Shown: positions 1 through 9,012, numbered from the stretch's first letter. The stretch is DNA of 64,000 bases from Magnetococcales bacterium (GCA_015234045.1 JADFWU010000006.1:25192-89191), one strand, 5' to 3'. The notes: a model not told the origin generated them from the sequence alone. Made by a program: numbers and translations.

Positions 1-76
1 TCCATAGTAAGCAATAAACCTCATCTCAACCACTCCTATAAGTTATCTTTAGTTGTTTTGCTAGACGCGCTTGTCC

Positions 77-97
77 TTCAACTCCTTTCGGTGCGCC
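77..97 (+). repeat. possible degenerate att-like copy of the tRNA-Arg T-loop/acceptor segment
   Basis: ttcaactcctttcggtgcgcc resembles ttcgactccttccgggcgcgcc at 3490-3511 (about 18 of 22, one indel). Same orientation, 17 nt from the recombinase stop. Not foldable as a tRNA. Confidence 0.25.
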
Positions 98-113
98 GGT
101 TACAGCTTATTGA

Positions 114-701
114 TCAGTCATTCCAGAAGTCTTTGAACCGTTCTGGAGATAACTGGGTATATCTGACAGTGTGTTGGATGTTTCTGTGGCCAAGATAGTG
201 TTGGATCGCTCTGGTATCCTGACCATCATTAGCAAGTTTAAATCCGATCGAGTGTCTCAACATATGGGGATGGATCGGCATACCGATCTTGGCTTTCTCA
301 CCAGCACGGTATACGATCTTCCTAAATCGAGCCGGTGTGATCGGACCTTTACGTTCACTAATAAACACGAAATGTTGATCAGGATAATTCCGGCTGACTT
401 TACGAAGCGCTCGGATTTCTGACCCACGAAGTGGATGTGTGCTCGGTTGACCATTTTTCAAACGATGGACATGAAGGAGAGATTGCTTAAGATCGACCTG
501 ATTCCATTTCATGGTCGTCAATTCAGACACTCTCAATCCATGTGAGTAGGCCAGTAGAATCATGGTAGCGTCACGGTGACCATGGCGGCCTTGCCTTCTC
601 GCCGCCCTGATCAACGATTCCACCTCATTGGGAGTCAGATATTCACGACTCCTGAGGTCAATATTTCGTTGGCGACGCGGTGGTGATGGTTGCTCTTTCA
701 T
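114..701 (-). CDS. small tyrosine recombinase, FimB/FimE-like (integrase/invertase)
   Basis: 195 aa. Catalytic R (HGLRVSEL), HxxR (HMLRHS) and H..Y (LGHRNIQHTVRYT). Collinear with E. coli FimB as I remember it. No arm-binding N-domain. Confidence 0.85.
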   Translation of the reverse strand: MKEQPSPPRRQRNIDLRSREYLTPNEVESLIRAARRQGRHGHRDATMILLAYSHGLRVSELTTMKWNQVDLKQSLLHVHRLKNGQPSTHPLRGSEIRALRKVSRNYPDQHFVFISERKGPITPARFRKIVYRAGEKAKIGMPIHPHMLRHSIGFKLANDGQDTRAIQHYLGHRNIQHTVRYTQLSPERFKDFWND

Positions 702-1167
702 CAGTCAATTCTCCTCTCAATTGCAAACAAGCCCAAAAACGAACGTTGGTGAGCCTTTCTCGACAACGGTCAAGCCCCTGGTATCAGGCGGTTCAGTTTT
801 TTGAACAAGCCCGTCAAGAGGCTAAAACGGGCGTCTTTTACTCGGTTTTTTTCCTTGTTTGGTAACATGTTGGTCAGTTCTTTTCTCTTGGAAGTTTTCG
901 GGAATGGTGGCTGTTTTTTAAAGGCCACACCCTATTATCCCAAAAACAACCGAAGTTTACAAAAAAAAATTACATGTTTTATGTTTATTTTCAACCTATT
1001 ATGCTTGTTAAAGGCTTCAGTTGGAGAAAGAGTTTTCAGGAAGGATTGTTGTGATGGTCCATGAAGGGATTATTTGTTGGTGCAGGTATTACCCAGCTCG
1101 ACTGTTGTGAAAGGCCTGTGAACCAACATTGAACGGTGAATTAACGTTAAAAATCAAATAGTTAGAG

Positions 1168-1392
1168 ATGAATATGAATAAGTCAAAGAGATTACTGACA
1201 ATGAGTGGTGGGCCAGTCGATGAGGCGGTGAAAAAATCCCACTATGTTCAAACCGATAAGAAGGGATGGGTAATGACCTTGGTTGTACCAGCGAATGCCA
1301 AGGTGCCTACGGGCTTTTTAAAAACATTGGTCAACGTGCTGAAACAGATACCAGGATTGACATCTGTCCAACTGGTTAATACGAGTAAGTGA
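1168..1392 (+). CDS. hypothetical small protein (74 aa)
   Basis: ORF only. No recognisable motif. Confidence 0.3.
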   Translation: MNMNKSKRLLTMSGGPVDEAVKKSHYVQTDKKGWVMTLVVPANAKVPTGFLKTLVNVLKQIPGLTSVQLVNTSK

Positions 1393-1426
1393 TGAGCTGA
1401 TTCACAGGAAGCAGTGACTCAAAACA

Positions 1427-1465
1427 CCAGATTGGGCAGAGGCCCCAAGCCGGAGCCCAATCTGG
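1427..1465. repeat. perfect 11-bp inverted repeat (stem-loop)
   Basis: ccagattgggc N17 gcccaatctgg between two islet ORFs. No U-tract follows. Confidence 0.5.
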
Positions 1466-1716
1466 AGCAATTATTGGCACATATTGATGATGTCCCACTT
1501 TTTCTCTTGTGAGCCTGTATTTCGGGTTCATTTGGTTTCGGGGACACCGGCCCAAAAAATTTAATCCGCGCTGTCCAGAAGGCTTATACAGCCTTACCTC
1601 TGGGGACAAGCCTGTTTTCGTTTTGGTGAAGCCTCAAAACCACCCTTTTGGGGTGTAGCATACTGATAATCAAGCTGTTACTATGGATTTATATTCTAAC
1701 AACTATGGTGACGGCG

Positions 1717-2256
1717 ATGAATTATTCTCAACTCCTTCAAGAGCTCCAAAAAGCCAGTCTGTTCGATCTCTACCGGCTTCAGGCCGGTATTGAGTCGATG
1801 CTGGATCAACCTGATCGAATCAACGCAATCAAACGCCGTCTGCGACTCGGAATGAGGATCACCTATTTTAATGATCAAGAAAACCGCTTGATCCCTGCCA
1901 TTGTGGAGGAAATCCACCGTACCCAACTGCATGTCCAAAACACGGAAGATGGTGAGCGTTGGATCATCAAGTTCTACAAGGTCAACCTTGATGGTGTCGA
2001 TACCGATATCCATTCCCAACCGGGCAATGTAGATCGGAATCAGCTCAAAGTTGGTGAAATGGTGGGATTCCACGACCGTCAGCAGCGTGAGCGGTATGGT
2101 GAGATTGTCCGTTTGAACCAGAAGACAGTCACTTTGCACACCAATCACGGTGAAAAATGGCGCGTTGCCTACAGCTTACTGTTCAAGGTGATGGAAGGTG
2201 AGAGTAGGGGAGCGGGTGAGCTAGGATTGATAGAGGGCGATATTATTGAGAGATAA
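1717..2256 (+). CDS. hypothetical protein with two internal ~45-aa repeats (SH3/KOW-like by pattern)
   Basis: Start moved to MNYSQ (GGTGA upstream). Repeats [18 protein letters not shown] and [20 protein letters not shown]. Confidence 0.5.
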   Translation: MNYSQLLQELQKASLFDLYRLQAGIESMLDQPDRINAIKRRLRLGMRITYFNDQENRLIPAIVEEIHRTQLHVQNTEDGERWIIKFYKVNLDGVDTDIHSQPGNVDRNQLKVGEMVGFHDRQQRERYGEIVRLNQKTVTLHTNHGEKWRVAYSLLFKVMEGESRGAGELGLIEGDIIER

Positions 2257-2299
2257 TGCAAATGCGTCAATTGACGTATTTTTCAACCAGGTGAACAAG

Positions 2300-3133
2300 A
2301 TGCCAAACAATTATCCAGATCCGGTTTCTCGCTTGTTGACATATGGTGCTCTGAAAGAAGATCCATATGGGAAACCATGGCCGGACTATCTCAGTGAACT
2401 CGGGCTGAATGCACTTCATATTCCTGACTTGATCAGGATAATCCAAGATACAGACCTGCAACAAGCGGATGAGTTTGATGATAAGGCATGGGCTCCTCTA
2501 CATGCATGGAGGTGCTTGGGTCAATTACGGGCAGAGGCAGCAATTGAACCGTTGCTGTCCCTTTATCAGTCATTGGATGACGACTATCTGATACCGCAGG
2601 AAATGCCCAGGGTATTTGAGCTCATCGGACCAGCGGCCATTCCAGCGATTCATCTGTTCATGGAAGAATGTCCAGCCAGTGCTGAATACCGTCTTCGTCT
2701 TCCAGAGTGTCTTGAAAAGATTGGGTTGGCTCATCCTGAATCCCGCTCAGAATGTGTTTCGATACTAACCCATCATCTTGCTCAATATACTGATGACATT
2801 GAGTTGAATGGATTCCTGGCATGGGCTCTGTCTGACTTGAAAGCGGTTGAGTCAATTGACATCATCAGGGAAGCATATCGGCGGGATATTGTTGCAATCG
2901 CATTAATTGGTGATCTGGAAGATGTTGAGATCTCATTGGGGCTGAGGTCAGAACGAGACACGCCACGACCGTATTACAGTGCTATTGAGCTTCCATCATT
3001 TCGAGATGATCGGCCTCGGGTGCCGTATATTCACCCTGATACTTTCGTTCGCGATGGACCAAAAATCGGTCGAAACGATCCATGCCCATGTGGTAGCGGT
3101 AAGAAGTACAAAAAATGCTGTGGTAGAGCCTGA
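2300..3133 (+). CDS. SEC-C metal-binding motif protein (helical-repeat N-part, DUF1186-like)
   Basis: C-terminal [17 protein letters not shown] at 2300 has AGGTGA six nt upstream. Confidence 0.75.
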   Translation: MPNNYPDPVSRLLTYGALKEDPYGKPWPDYLSELGLNALHIPDLIRIIQDTDLQQADEFDDKAWAPLHAWRCLGQLRAEAAIEPLLSLYQSLDDDYLIPQEMPRVFELIGPAAIPAIHLFMEECPASAEYRLRLPECLEKIGLAHPESRSECVSILTHHLAQYTDDIELNGFLAWALSDLKAVESIDIIREAYRRDIVAIALIGDLEDVEISLGLRSERDTPRPYYSAIELPSFRDDRPRVPYIHPDTFVRDGPKIGRNDPCPCGSGKKYKKCCGRA

Positions 3134-3467
3134 AATTCTCGACACAATCATTGATGGCGGCATCATCCAGGATGAGATCACATGGTGATCGGTACTTTGG
3201 CGCTAATCAATATACCCCTTTATAAGAGCCCGTTGCGCCACAGACAGCATCGTCCGAAATATGAGAGCTGGTGATGAATACTGGATACGAAAGCCATAGC
3301 CCCATCGACCATTCTGGAAGTCGTATCCTGTGTGAGAATCTGTGTGAGAAAACGGTTCCAAAATAGGCAAAAGTCTCACATGATGGAGAAAATCAGCAAT
3401 AATAAAATATGTTCAAAATCATAATTTTCTGAGTAAACAAGGAGGTTGTGAAACTCAGGGGAAATGC

Positions 3468-3512
3468 CTACGAACCAGTAGGTCGGAGGTTCGACTCCTT
3501 CCGGGCGCGCCA
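3468..3512 (+). tRNA. tRNA-Arg(ACG) 3' half only (anticodon loop to CCA): gene fragment / att scar
   Basis: CTACGAA-CCAGT-AGGTC-GGAGG-TTCGACT-CCTTC-CGGGCGC-G-CCA. The 5' acceptor strand GCGCCCG, the D-arm and the 5' anticodon stem are absent upstream. Confidence 0.7.
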
Positions 3513-3525
3513 TTAAAATCAAAGG

Positions 3526-3560
3526 CTTAGACTGATTTCGGTCTGGGTCTTTTTTGTTTT
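3526..3560 (+). terminator. intrinsic terminator after the tRNA fragment
   Basis: cttagac N8 gtctggg (7 bp, 2 G-U) followed by tcttttttgtttt. Confidence 0.5.
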
Positions 3561-3764
3561 GGAATGGTGACTTGACCTCGTTCTGCGACTTTTGATTGCA
3601 TGGTTTGGCATCCTGTAAATAGCAACTGGACGCTTAAGTCATTAATAATAAGTTGGTTTCTAGGATTTGTAGCCTGACCACAGTCGTAAACACTGCTATT
3701 GGGAAGAGGTCCCAATAGATGAATTACAACCCACGAACTACATCAATCTGAAGCACTGGGTGCA

Positions 3765-4463
3765 TTAATGGTCGCGCCGATGCCGTATCTCACGCCATAC
3801 TCTCTCAGCTTCATCTTCATCACCACTGCGATGACAGGTAACGCAGTTCTGAAAATTGCGTATACCTTCCTCCAAATGTTCATGTCTAACCTTCGAAGGG
3901 GAGTGTTCATGACAACCATAGCAGCTGTACTGATCATATTTTTGATCAGGATGGCAGGAGGCGCAGTCAGCAGGGTGGTGACGGTCAAAACGGAATAGGC
4001 GTGTATGATCAAATGTTGCTGGTTTCCAATGTTGATTCGTATGGCATGAGTGACACGCCTGTTTGATATTTCTGTGCAGTCTATCTGTTGGTAAGGTGTG
4101 GCAACTGGTGCATTGGGATCGGTGTTTCTTACTCAATAGGGCATGATCAAAAGCCTGAGTTGCTTGCTTGTTTTCGGTGCCTCTATGATCCGTATGGCAG
4201 TTGACGCAAGAGCGCTCTTGTAACTGTTTATGGTGAAATTTTCTATTGGGCTTTAGGCGGTCGATTTCCAATGGTTTATGGCAGGTGACGCACTTTTTAT
4301 CACTCGGACCCAGTAGAGTGGTATGACACTCAAAACAGTTCGCTTCAATTTTTTTGTGACCGTTGATGATCTGGCCGGGATTGAGAAAAAATTCTGGAAA
4401 TTGTAATGCCAGAAAGAGTCCGATGGCAGATAAAATAATGAAAATAACGCCTTGCTTGCTCAT
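3765..4463 (-). CDS. membrane-anchored octaheme c-type cytochrome
   Basis: Eight CxxCH motifs (CFECH, CVTCH, CVNCH, CTSCH, CHSCH, CASCH, CYGCH, CVTCH). N-terminal TM/signal anchor. Confidence 0.85.
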   Translation of the reverse strand: MSKQGVIFIILSAIGLFLALQFPEFFLNPGQIINGHKKIEANCFECHTTLLGPSDKKCVTCHKPLEIDRLKPNRKFHHKQLQERSCVNCHTDHRGTENKQATQAFDHALLSKKHRSQCTSCHTLPTDRLHRNIKQACHSCHTNQHWKPATFDHTRLFRFDRHHPADCASCHPDQKYDQYSCYGCHEHSPSKVRHEHLEEGIRNFQNCVTCHRSGDEDEAERVWREIRHRRDH

Positions 4464-4464
4464 A

Positions 4465-5031
4465 TCACCATTTCCAGAAAATAAGGACTGTCACGATGTG
4501 TAATAAGACCAGCAAAGCAAAGGTGATGGTGATAGGGATGTGAACGATACGCCATTTTTTCATCATGCCGACCAACAACGCATCCCAATAGAGGTGCGCG
4601 TCTATGGTTTCAATATCCATCCCTTTTTCACGCAATGTTTTTCTTCTTTCAGAGACTATGGTTCTGGACTTTTTAAACAGATACTTCCCGGTCAAGCCGC
4701 TGGCTACAGCAATCATCATGGCCGCCATGGTTACCCAGGGTAGCAGAGCATTAAAGTGAATCCCGCCGTGAACCAGGATTAACATTGCACCAATCCAAGA
4801 TAAAGTTTCATGCAGTCGAAGCAAGAGCGGTGGTCGTCCCCGCTGAATCCATTTGCGTTTCCGAGCAGAATAGAGAAAAGAAACAACCAGCAGACCGGTA
4901 CCAACATAACCCGCTTCACGTCCCCAATCCAGATGGCCAGTGAAATGCAGACCCCAATCAACGGTCAGGGCTGTCACTATCATTAAAGCAAAGAAGGCAA
5001 GGTGTCTGAACGTTTCACGGACCGTTCGCAT
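4465..5031 (-). CDS. 4-TM membrane protein with conserved TM histidines (possible b-type haem / DUF4405-like partner)
   Basis: 188 aa, hydrophobic segments. HETLSW..ILVHGGIHF. 1-nt gap to the cytochrome gene. Confidence 0.6.
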   Translation of the reverse strand: MRTVRETFRHLAFFALMIVTALTVDWGLHFTGHLDWGREAGYVGTGLLVVSFLYSARKRKWIQRGRPPLLLRLHETLSWIGAMLILVHGGIHFNALLPWVTMAAMMIAVASGLTGKYLFKKSRTIVSERRKTLREKGMDIETIDAHLYWDALLVGMMKKWRIVHIPITITFALLVLLHIVTVLIFWKW

Positions 5032-5054
5032 AATGGGAACCTGTTCTCAATCTC

Positions 5055-5489
5055 TTATTTTCGGGTGGTTGGATTGCCTTCTCTAATCCATTGAGTAATA
5101 CCATGCTCAACGTTATAGAGTTTGGTAAAGCCGAGTTTTTCCACAAGATGTGTACCCAATACACCGGATCGATTCCCTGTACGACAGATAACAATTACCG
5201 GTTGATCACTCTTTTGTGCAGCCAAAAATTGATCAAAAAATTGTGGATTCAACTGGCCCTTTTTGTTCACAAAGGTCAATTTCTGACTGCCAGCTACGAT
5301 CCCCGTATCACGCCACTCTTCAGGGCGACGGATATCATACAGTGGAACACCTTCAGCCAGTAATAATTTCAGCTTATCATTATCAATATTGGTATAAGGC
5401 GGCTCTGAGCAGCCAGATATGAATAATACGGCACTCACAGCCAAAATCAACACGCGCAGTGATGAAATGTGTCGCACTAAATTTCTCAT
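5055..5489 (-). CDS. rhodanese-domain sulfurtransferase, lipoprotein
   Basis: Lipobox ISGCS. Active-site loop CRTGNRS. Confidence 0.85.
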   Translation of the reverse strand: MRNLVRHISSLRVLILAVSAVLFISGCSEPPYTNIDNDKLKLLLAEGVPLYDIRRPEEWRDTGIVAGSQKLTFVNKKGQLNPQFFDQFLAAQKSDQPVIVICRTGNRSGVLGTHLVEKLGFTKLYNVEHGITQWIREGNPTTRK

Positions 5490-5520
5490 GAGGTTGTACC
5501 TTGTTCAATATAAATAGGAG

Positions 5521-5705
5521 TAACGCAGTTGACTGCGTCAGCCCCGCGTGGCTCAAAGGGCCACACAATGAATAGACTGCGTAGCAGCCGTCCCAGCCCA
5601 AAGGGCTGGCATGCCGAAGGCACAGCCGCGAAGCGGCGCAATAACAACACCTGGGCTTCCACTCAGGTTGTGATTCATTGTCTAATTTAGGATCGAAATC
5701 ACTAT
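5521..5705 (-). repeat. structured intergenic repeat family B, copy 1
   Basis: The reverse complement begins atagtgatttcgatcctaaattagacaatgaatcacaacctgagtggaagccc, matching 12126 onward. Several internal hairpins (acgcagt-tg-actgcgt, gtggcc..gccac). Confidence 0.7.
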
Positions 5706-5756
5706 GCCATGGCAGTATGATAAAGCCATAATAGTCAACACGCCTAGGGTAGGCAC

Positions 5757-5790
5757 AAAAAAAAGCCACCCCCAAAAGGGACGGCTCTTT
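5757..5790 (-). terminator. intrinsic terminator of the cold-shock gene
   Basis: Minus strand agccgtccc-tttt-gggggtggct followed by T8. Confidence 0.6.
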
Positions 5791-5816
5791 TTATGCGTCT
5801 TGCGTAACGGGTTCGC

Positions 5817-6029
5817 TTAAAGAGCAACCACGTCCTGTGCTGCGGGACCTTTAGGGCCAGCAACGACAGAAAACTCAACCTGCTGACCTTCGGACAGGGA
5901 TTTGAAGCCTGAGCCGGAAATGGCCGAATGATGAACAAAAGCGTCACCTTGGCCGGAATCACGTTGCAAAAAGCCGAAGCCCTTGTCGTCATTAAACCAC
6001 TTCACTGTACCAGTTTCACGTTCTGACAT
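5817..6029 (-). CDS. cold-shock protein, CspA family
   Basis: [15 protein letters not shown] (RNP1) and DAFVHHS (RNP2). Start set at MSERETG. Confidence 0.9.
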   Translation of the reverse strand: MSERETGTVKWFNDDKGFGFLQRDSGQGDAFVHHSAISGSGFKSLSEGQQVEFSVVAGPKGPAAQDVVAL

Positions 6030-6411
6030 GATGAAAACTCCATTCACGAAACAAAGATGGGTGTTGGTGTACGTTTGGGCAATACCACCGGGAATTTCAT
6101 GGGCTGTGAAGAGTCTTGGATCATCAAACGGCTGTCTGTGAACCTGAAGAGTACTTATGAACAGCTAACAAAGAAACGATGCCAAAAGGTTGGCGACCAC
6201 GTATGGAAATATGCTTTCAAATCGACTACCAATTAAACTAGCCTATAAAATATCATTCCAATTTTTGAGAGTCAATTGCTAAACTGAGCCTCTTTTTTGT
6301 TTTGGATAAATTCTTGTAGTATTAAATAGGGTTTTACCCATATAATGACAGTCAATATATTGTTTAATATATTGATATTCTTGTAATAATGGATATTGTT
6401 GAGGCAACAAA

Positions 6412-6819
6412 ATGCAGCTTTCCGATTTGTCCGAAGAGATTGAGATCCCACTGTTTCCACTGCATACGGAACTGCTTCCTGCGCATCAGTTAGCATTGCG
6501 TATCTTTGAGAACCGCTATTTGGATATGGTGAAACAGGTGGCTGGTAAAAAGGAGTCCTTCGGCATTGTCCGCATTCTGGCTGGTAACGATATCGGAGAA
6601 ACACCAACCACTGTTTCACAAGGTGTGTTGGCAACCATCATAGATTTTGAAACATTGTCCGATGGATTATTGGGCATCACCATTCTCGGCGGGCGTCGGT
6701 TCCAAGTGCGGCAAACATGGGTTTTGAATAATGGTCTCATGATGGGCCGTGTTGCACCGTTCGTTCAACATGTGTGCGTCAATTCAGTTGAAATAAACGC
6801 TAATGGTATGCATCACTAG
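6412..6819 (+). CDS. LON substrate-binding (N-terminal) domain protein, possibly truncated
   Basis: IPLFPLHTELLPAHQLALRIFENRYLDMV. Only 135 aa, and the end overlaps a convergent gene. Confidence 0.6.
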   Translation: MQLSDLSEEIEIPLFPLHTELLPAHQLALRIFENRYLDMVKQVAGKKESFGIVRILAGNDIGETPTTVSQGVLATIIDFETLSDGLLGITILGGRRFQVRQTWVLNNGLMMGRVAPFVQHVCVNSVEINANGMHH

Positions 6820-7235
6820 GTCAGGTTTGGTGAACTGGCAATGGAAATGCCAGTGAGTGGTGTGCCGCCTACCAGGTCTGGTTTTTTTACGCCATGACCG
6901 CCATGTACTGGAATCAATGATAATGTGCCATCCAGATAATCAGAGAGTGTTTTCTCCAAATCGGTTTCTGATGTTGCGATGGCTTTAACATTATAGTGAG
7001 CCATGCGTTGTTGGAGCCAGAGTGCCATCATGCCGGAAATGAGCACATCCACTTCATCCAATGGATGCGGCTGATCAGCGGGATGTTGATGAAACATCTG
7101 TTCCATCTCCAGGGTAAGTAGTTTTTTATCTACGATTTGTTGAGCGTCATCTATCTGGAAGATCCAAAAGTTGCGGCATTTGCCAGGGTGGCCGGTGACG
7201 CTTTTTTTGTTTTGACTGCTGATAGCGATTTTCAT
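6816..7235 (-). CDS. NifB/NifX-family (Fe-Mo cofactor binding-like) domain protein
   Basis: MKIAISS..VTGHPGKC..FWIF..VLISGMM pattern. Start set at MKIA. Confidence 0.55.
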   Translation of the reverse strand: MKIAISSQNKKSVTGHPGKCRNFWIFQIDDAQQIVDKKLLTLEMEQMFHQHPADQPHPLDEVDVLISGMMALWLQQRMAHYNVKAIATSETDLEKTLSDYLDGTLSLIPVHGGHGVKKPDLVGGTPLTGISIASSPNLT

Positions 7236-7237
7236 AA

Positions 7238-7438
7238 TTAGGCAATCTGTTGATAGTAAAGATTCTGTGAATGTCTTGACTGAGCCAGGAAAAGCCATCT
7301 TTCCAGGAAGAGCCCAACAAGCTGGATGCCGAATGCACCATGGAAGACCATTTTAATCCCAGTGATCCAGCCGACACCCAATAATGCCACAGGAACTGGA
7401 AAAGCCAGCAATAAAAATGACCACTTGACCGTATTCAT
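7238..7438 (-). CDS. 66-aa membrane ORF resembling the C-terminus of DmsC-family anchor subunits; possible gene remnant
   Basis: LFLERWLFLAQSRHSQNLYY resembles the ERWLFFAEA.H...YY ends of this family (from memory). No upstream remainder, and a MITE lies 100 bp upstream. Confidence 0.3.
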   Translation of the reverse strand: MNTVKWSFLLLAFPVPVALLGVGWITGIKMVFHGAFGIQLVGLFLERWLFLAQSRHSQNLYYQQIA

Positions 7439-7538
7439 GAAACGGTCGCTTCGATGTGAAGGCGGGAATCCTGTTAAGACCCTTTAGATTCCTGCTTTCG
7501 TAGGGAATGACGGGAACAGGATAGTCTGTTCAATATTA

Positions 7539-7697
7539 GGGCCACGGAAAAAATTAATCATCCCATTCACTGGTCTCTTGATCCGTCCACTGCGTTCCAG
7601 AAAGGGTTACGTGAATAAGCACGCGCCCCTTTCTGCGCCTTTCGGACGAATCAATATCCTGCGCGACTGGGATGATTAATTTTTTCCGTGGCCCTTA
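7539..7697. mobile_element. 159-bp MITE with 27-bp perfect terminal inverted repeats
   Basis: gggccacggaaaaaattaatcatccca ... tgggatgattaattttttccgtggccc. TTA on both flanks (putative TSD). Confidence 0.8.
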
Positions 7698-7849
7698 GAC
7701 TCAGAATACACCCGATTTGGACTATTAAGTAGCTTAACCTGCCTGTCAAGGCATGGAAACCATAAATGACTATTTTGAAATTACAGATATATTTCAAGAC
7801 ATTTCTCGACAATTAAGCAATGACGACAGCATATACTCAGCACCATTAA

Positions 7850-7879
7850 TTGAATAATCACTACGCAATGCCCTATAAT
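7850..7879 (+). promoter_or_regulatory. candidate sigma70 promoter for ppk2
   Basis: TTGAAT N18 TATAAT, about 95 nt upstream of the start codon. Confidence 0.35.
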
Positions 7880-7972
7880 CACCTTATTAATTAGATACTC
7901 AGAAATAACGGTGTCCGTCAGGGGTTGAGGGACCACAGATCTACAACTGTAGACCTTTATAGGAGAGAGAAC

Positions 7973-8827
7973 ATGGGGAAACGTTCCCGCAAGGAGAGAG
8001 AAGAACGCAAAGCACGCAAAGCGGCTAAACGTGGTGGGAAACGCGGCAACAAGCAGCCCAAGGCACCAAAGACCATTGAAGGCGGCATTCCGGTTCCGGG
8101 TCGTAAAGCGCGTGATCCTTTCTACACCACCATCATGCCCATTCAGAATGAGCTGTTGAAGCTGCACACCAAGCTTAAAGACGATAACGAGCGGGTAATG
8201 GTGATCGTTGAAGGCCGTGCCACGGCTGGCAAAGCCGCCTTGATCAAGCGTTTTACCGAGTTCATGCTCCCCAAAGGTGTTGGCACATTCCGCAAAGATC
8301 CACCTACCGAGACCGAAGCGCAAGAGTGGTATTTCCAACGCTTTATGCGTGAGATTCCTGCTGCTGGTCAGGTCATGTTCTACAATCGCAGCTACTATAC
8401 TCGCGCCTGGGTTGATGCAGTGACCGGTGCATGCAGCGAGACTGAAGTTGATCAAGCCATGGCGTTCATTCCAGCCCTTGAGAAAACACTCATGGATGCT
8501 GGTGTGAAAATTATCAAGCTTTGGCTCTCTGTCTCTGCTGGTGAGCAGAAAAGCCGCGTAGAAGCCCTCAAAGGCACCGTCAATGCTTGGCAAGTTGAAG
8601 AGAACATGAATTACGACACCCTGGACAATCGTGAAGCCTTCACCGCTGCGCGCGATAAGATGTTCGCCGCCACATCACAAGAGGGTGCGCCTTGGGTTGT
8701 CATTGACGCTAACGATGAAAAACAGATGCAGATCAATGCACTGCAATATTTCACCAGCCTGTTTGACTACGATGAGAAACGTACTGATCTGTTGAGCTAT
8801 GACGAACAGATTATCAAGGTAGTCTGA
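7973..8827 (+). CDS. ppk2: polyphosphate kinase 2 family protein
   Basis: PPK2 core (VEGRATAGKAALIKR, FYNRSYYTR). Highly basic N-terminal tail. RBS GGAGAGAG. Confidence 0.85.
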   Translation: MGKRSRKEREERKARKAAKRGGKRGNKQPKAPKTIEGGIPVPGRKARDPFYTTIMPIQNELLKLHTKLKDDNERVMVIVEGRATAGKAALIKRFTEFMLPKGVGTFRKDPPTETEAQEWYFQRFMREIPAAGQVMFYNRSYYTRAWVDAVTGACSETEVDQAMAFIPALEKTLMDAGVKIIKLWLSVSAGEQKSRVEALKGTVNAWQVEENMNYDTLDNREAFTAARDKMFAATSQEGAPWVVIDANDEKQMQINALQYFTSLFDYDEKRTDLLSYDEQIIKVV

Positions 8828-8878
8828 TCTATTGAAACAGGTTTCACGATGATTTTAATTTCGTGATCACGCAAAAAA

Positions 8879-8910
8879 ACCGGGCGCTCATTTGAAGCCC
8901 GGTTTTTTTT
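8879..8910 (+). terminator. intrinsic terminator
   Basis: accgggc N11 gcccggt followed by T8. Confidence 0.75.
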
Positions 8911-9012
8911 GCGAGATCTGATTTCACTGATTTTTCATTTGGACATTTGGATCTCTAAAAGTACACTGTTTGTAACAGCTGAGAAAGAAACGATATACAA
9001 AGGTCACTTTCC

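Noticed and set aside
702-1167. FimS-like invertible promoter next to the FimB/FimE-type recombinase
   Set aside because: I found only an 8-bp inverted match (caaacaag / cttgtttg at about 724 and 853), which is expected by chance in 466 bp. It cannot be excluded without read-orientation data.
3420-3512. Intact tRNA gene
   Set aside because: Only the 3' 45 nt fold and align as a tRNA. No complementary 5' acceptor strand or D-arm is present in the preceding 100 nt.
5521-5705. Integron attC (59-be) site idea, prompted by gccgcttcgcggc-type hairpins
   Set aside because: The copies are dispersed and in mixed orientation. There is no intI and no cassette array, so a REP-like or MITE-like element fits better.
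5383-5992. ORFs of 130 aa and 82 aa on the minus strand
   Set aside because: They run through repeat copy B1 and the csp terminator or coding region. The translated repeat has no coding signal.
7781-8593. 270-aa minus-strand ORF
   Set aside because: It lies entirely antisense to the well-supported PPK2 gene and has no motifs. This is a typical shadow ORF.
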